A stretch of DNA of 64,000 bases from positions 9,219 to 73,218 of IMG/VR virus record IMGVR_UViG_3300034069_000432, one strand, 5' to 3'. A model generated the notes under the pieces. It saw only the letters and a program-made list of their open reading frames with translations, was not told the origin of the DNA and did no database searches. Both the position numbers and the translations under genes were made by a program. Positions within the stretch are counted from its first letter, which is position 1; each line of letters opens with the position of its first letter. Below are positions 63,479 through 64,000 of this stretch, one piece after another. This stretch comes from a virus.

Positions 63479-63606
63479 TCACTCCAGTCCACCAGGACGG
63501 CCTTGTGCTGTTCGTGCTTACAAAATTCGCCGGCCACTACCAGCCCTTTATCTGCTGGTCCGCTGACAACGCCCACTACTGCCGCATCGACTACGGGACT
63601 ATCTGA
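63475..63606 (+). CDS. Small hypothetical protein (43 aa)
   Basis: GTGA coupling, GGAG RBS. Confidence 0.45.
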   Translation: MITPVHQDGLVLFVLTKFAGHYQPFICWSADNAHYCRIDYGTI

Positions 63607-63607
63607 C

Positions 63608-64000
63608 ATGATTCGCACAATCGCATTGCTCGCTGCCATAAGCCTCAGCGCTGGCTGCTCAACCATCATGAACGACCGCATGACTGACGTGTCTGTCACG
63701 TCAGAACCTGCTGGCGCTCACTTCACTATCACCAACCAAGATGGCGCGCCGGTTGCTTCAGGTGTGACACCTGCGCAGGTAAAGCTTGACGCTGCGGCGG
63801 GTTTCTTCGACGGCGAGAAATACCAGGTCGCTTATGACAACGGACCCACTGTCGAGCTTAACTCCCGCGTCACTGGCTGGTACTGGGTAGGCTTCTGCGT
63901 CAGCGTTGTATCCGGCCTGATCGTCGACCCAATCACCGGCGATATGTTCTCTCTGCCTGCACAGGTTAACGGCGACATGACTCCGCGCGTAGCGGCTAAA
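63608..64000 (+). CDS. Lipoprotein (PEGA-like), truncated at window edge
   Basis: MIRTIALLAAISLSAGC lipobox; VSVTSEPAGA; GLIVDPITG. Confidence 0.75.
   Translation, partial: MIRTIALLAAISLSAGCSTIMNDRMTDVSVTSEPAGAHFTITNQDGAPVASGVTPAQVKLDAAAGFFDGEKYQVAYDNGPTVELNSRVTGWYWVGFCVSVVSGLIVDPITGDMFSLPAQVNGDMTPRVAAK

Noticed and set aside
1-64000. Diversity-generating retroelement, retron or other reverse transcriptase system
   Set aside because: No YxDD reverse transcriptase ORF and no template/variable repeat pair seen near the tail fibres.

Overview
The window is entirely phage DNA. Gene families and codon style suggest Pseudomonas-like siphoviruses, and two different phage systems appear to be joined end to end. 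Block A (1 to ~16.1 kb) is a lambdoid early region: the N-terminus of an O-like replication initiator, a Rha/KilAC antirepressor, cro and cI with five operators, and a P_L arm. The P_L arm carries a ~640 nt highly structured ORF-free segment, ERF-exonuclease-SSB, an amino-methyltransferase, a PAPS-reductase-family gene, Lar, a DUF3310-like gene and an atypical tRNA-Gly(TCC). No integrase was found. Block B (~16.1 to 64 kb) is a nearly complete second siphovirus. It has a C5 methyltransferase, VRR-NUC, SF2 helicase, HTH regulator, RecE-like exonuclease, putative annealase, Rad50-like ATPase, lysis cassette, two receptor-binding proteins, lambda/T1-like tail, DUF2184-type capsid module, terminase, iteron-bearing origin candidate and a primase-helicase. 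The most striking items are: (1) a terminase intein whose HNH endonuclease is encoded entirely in the overlapping -1 frame, with both a canonical slippery heptamer and an internal RBS; (2) a 552 aa protein made of a second copy of the capsid decoration domain fused to an SGNH hydrolase; (3) a chain of overlapping RNA stems in the P_L leader. All calls come from motif recognition by eye. No database searches were run, so novelty is unverified.
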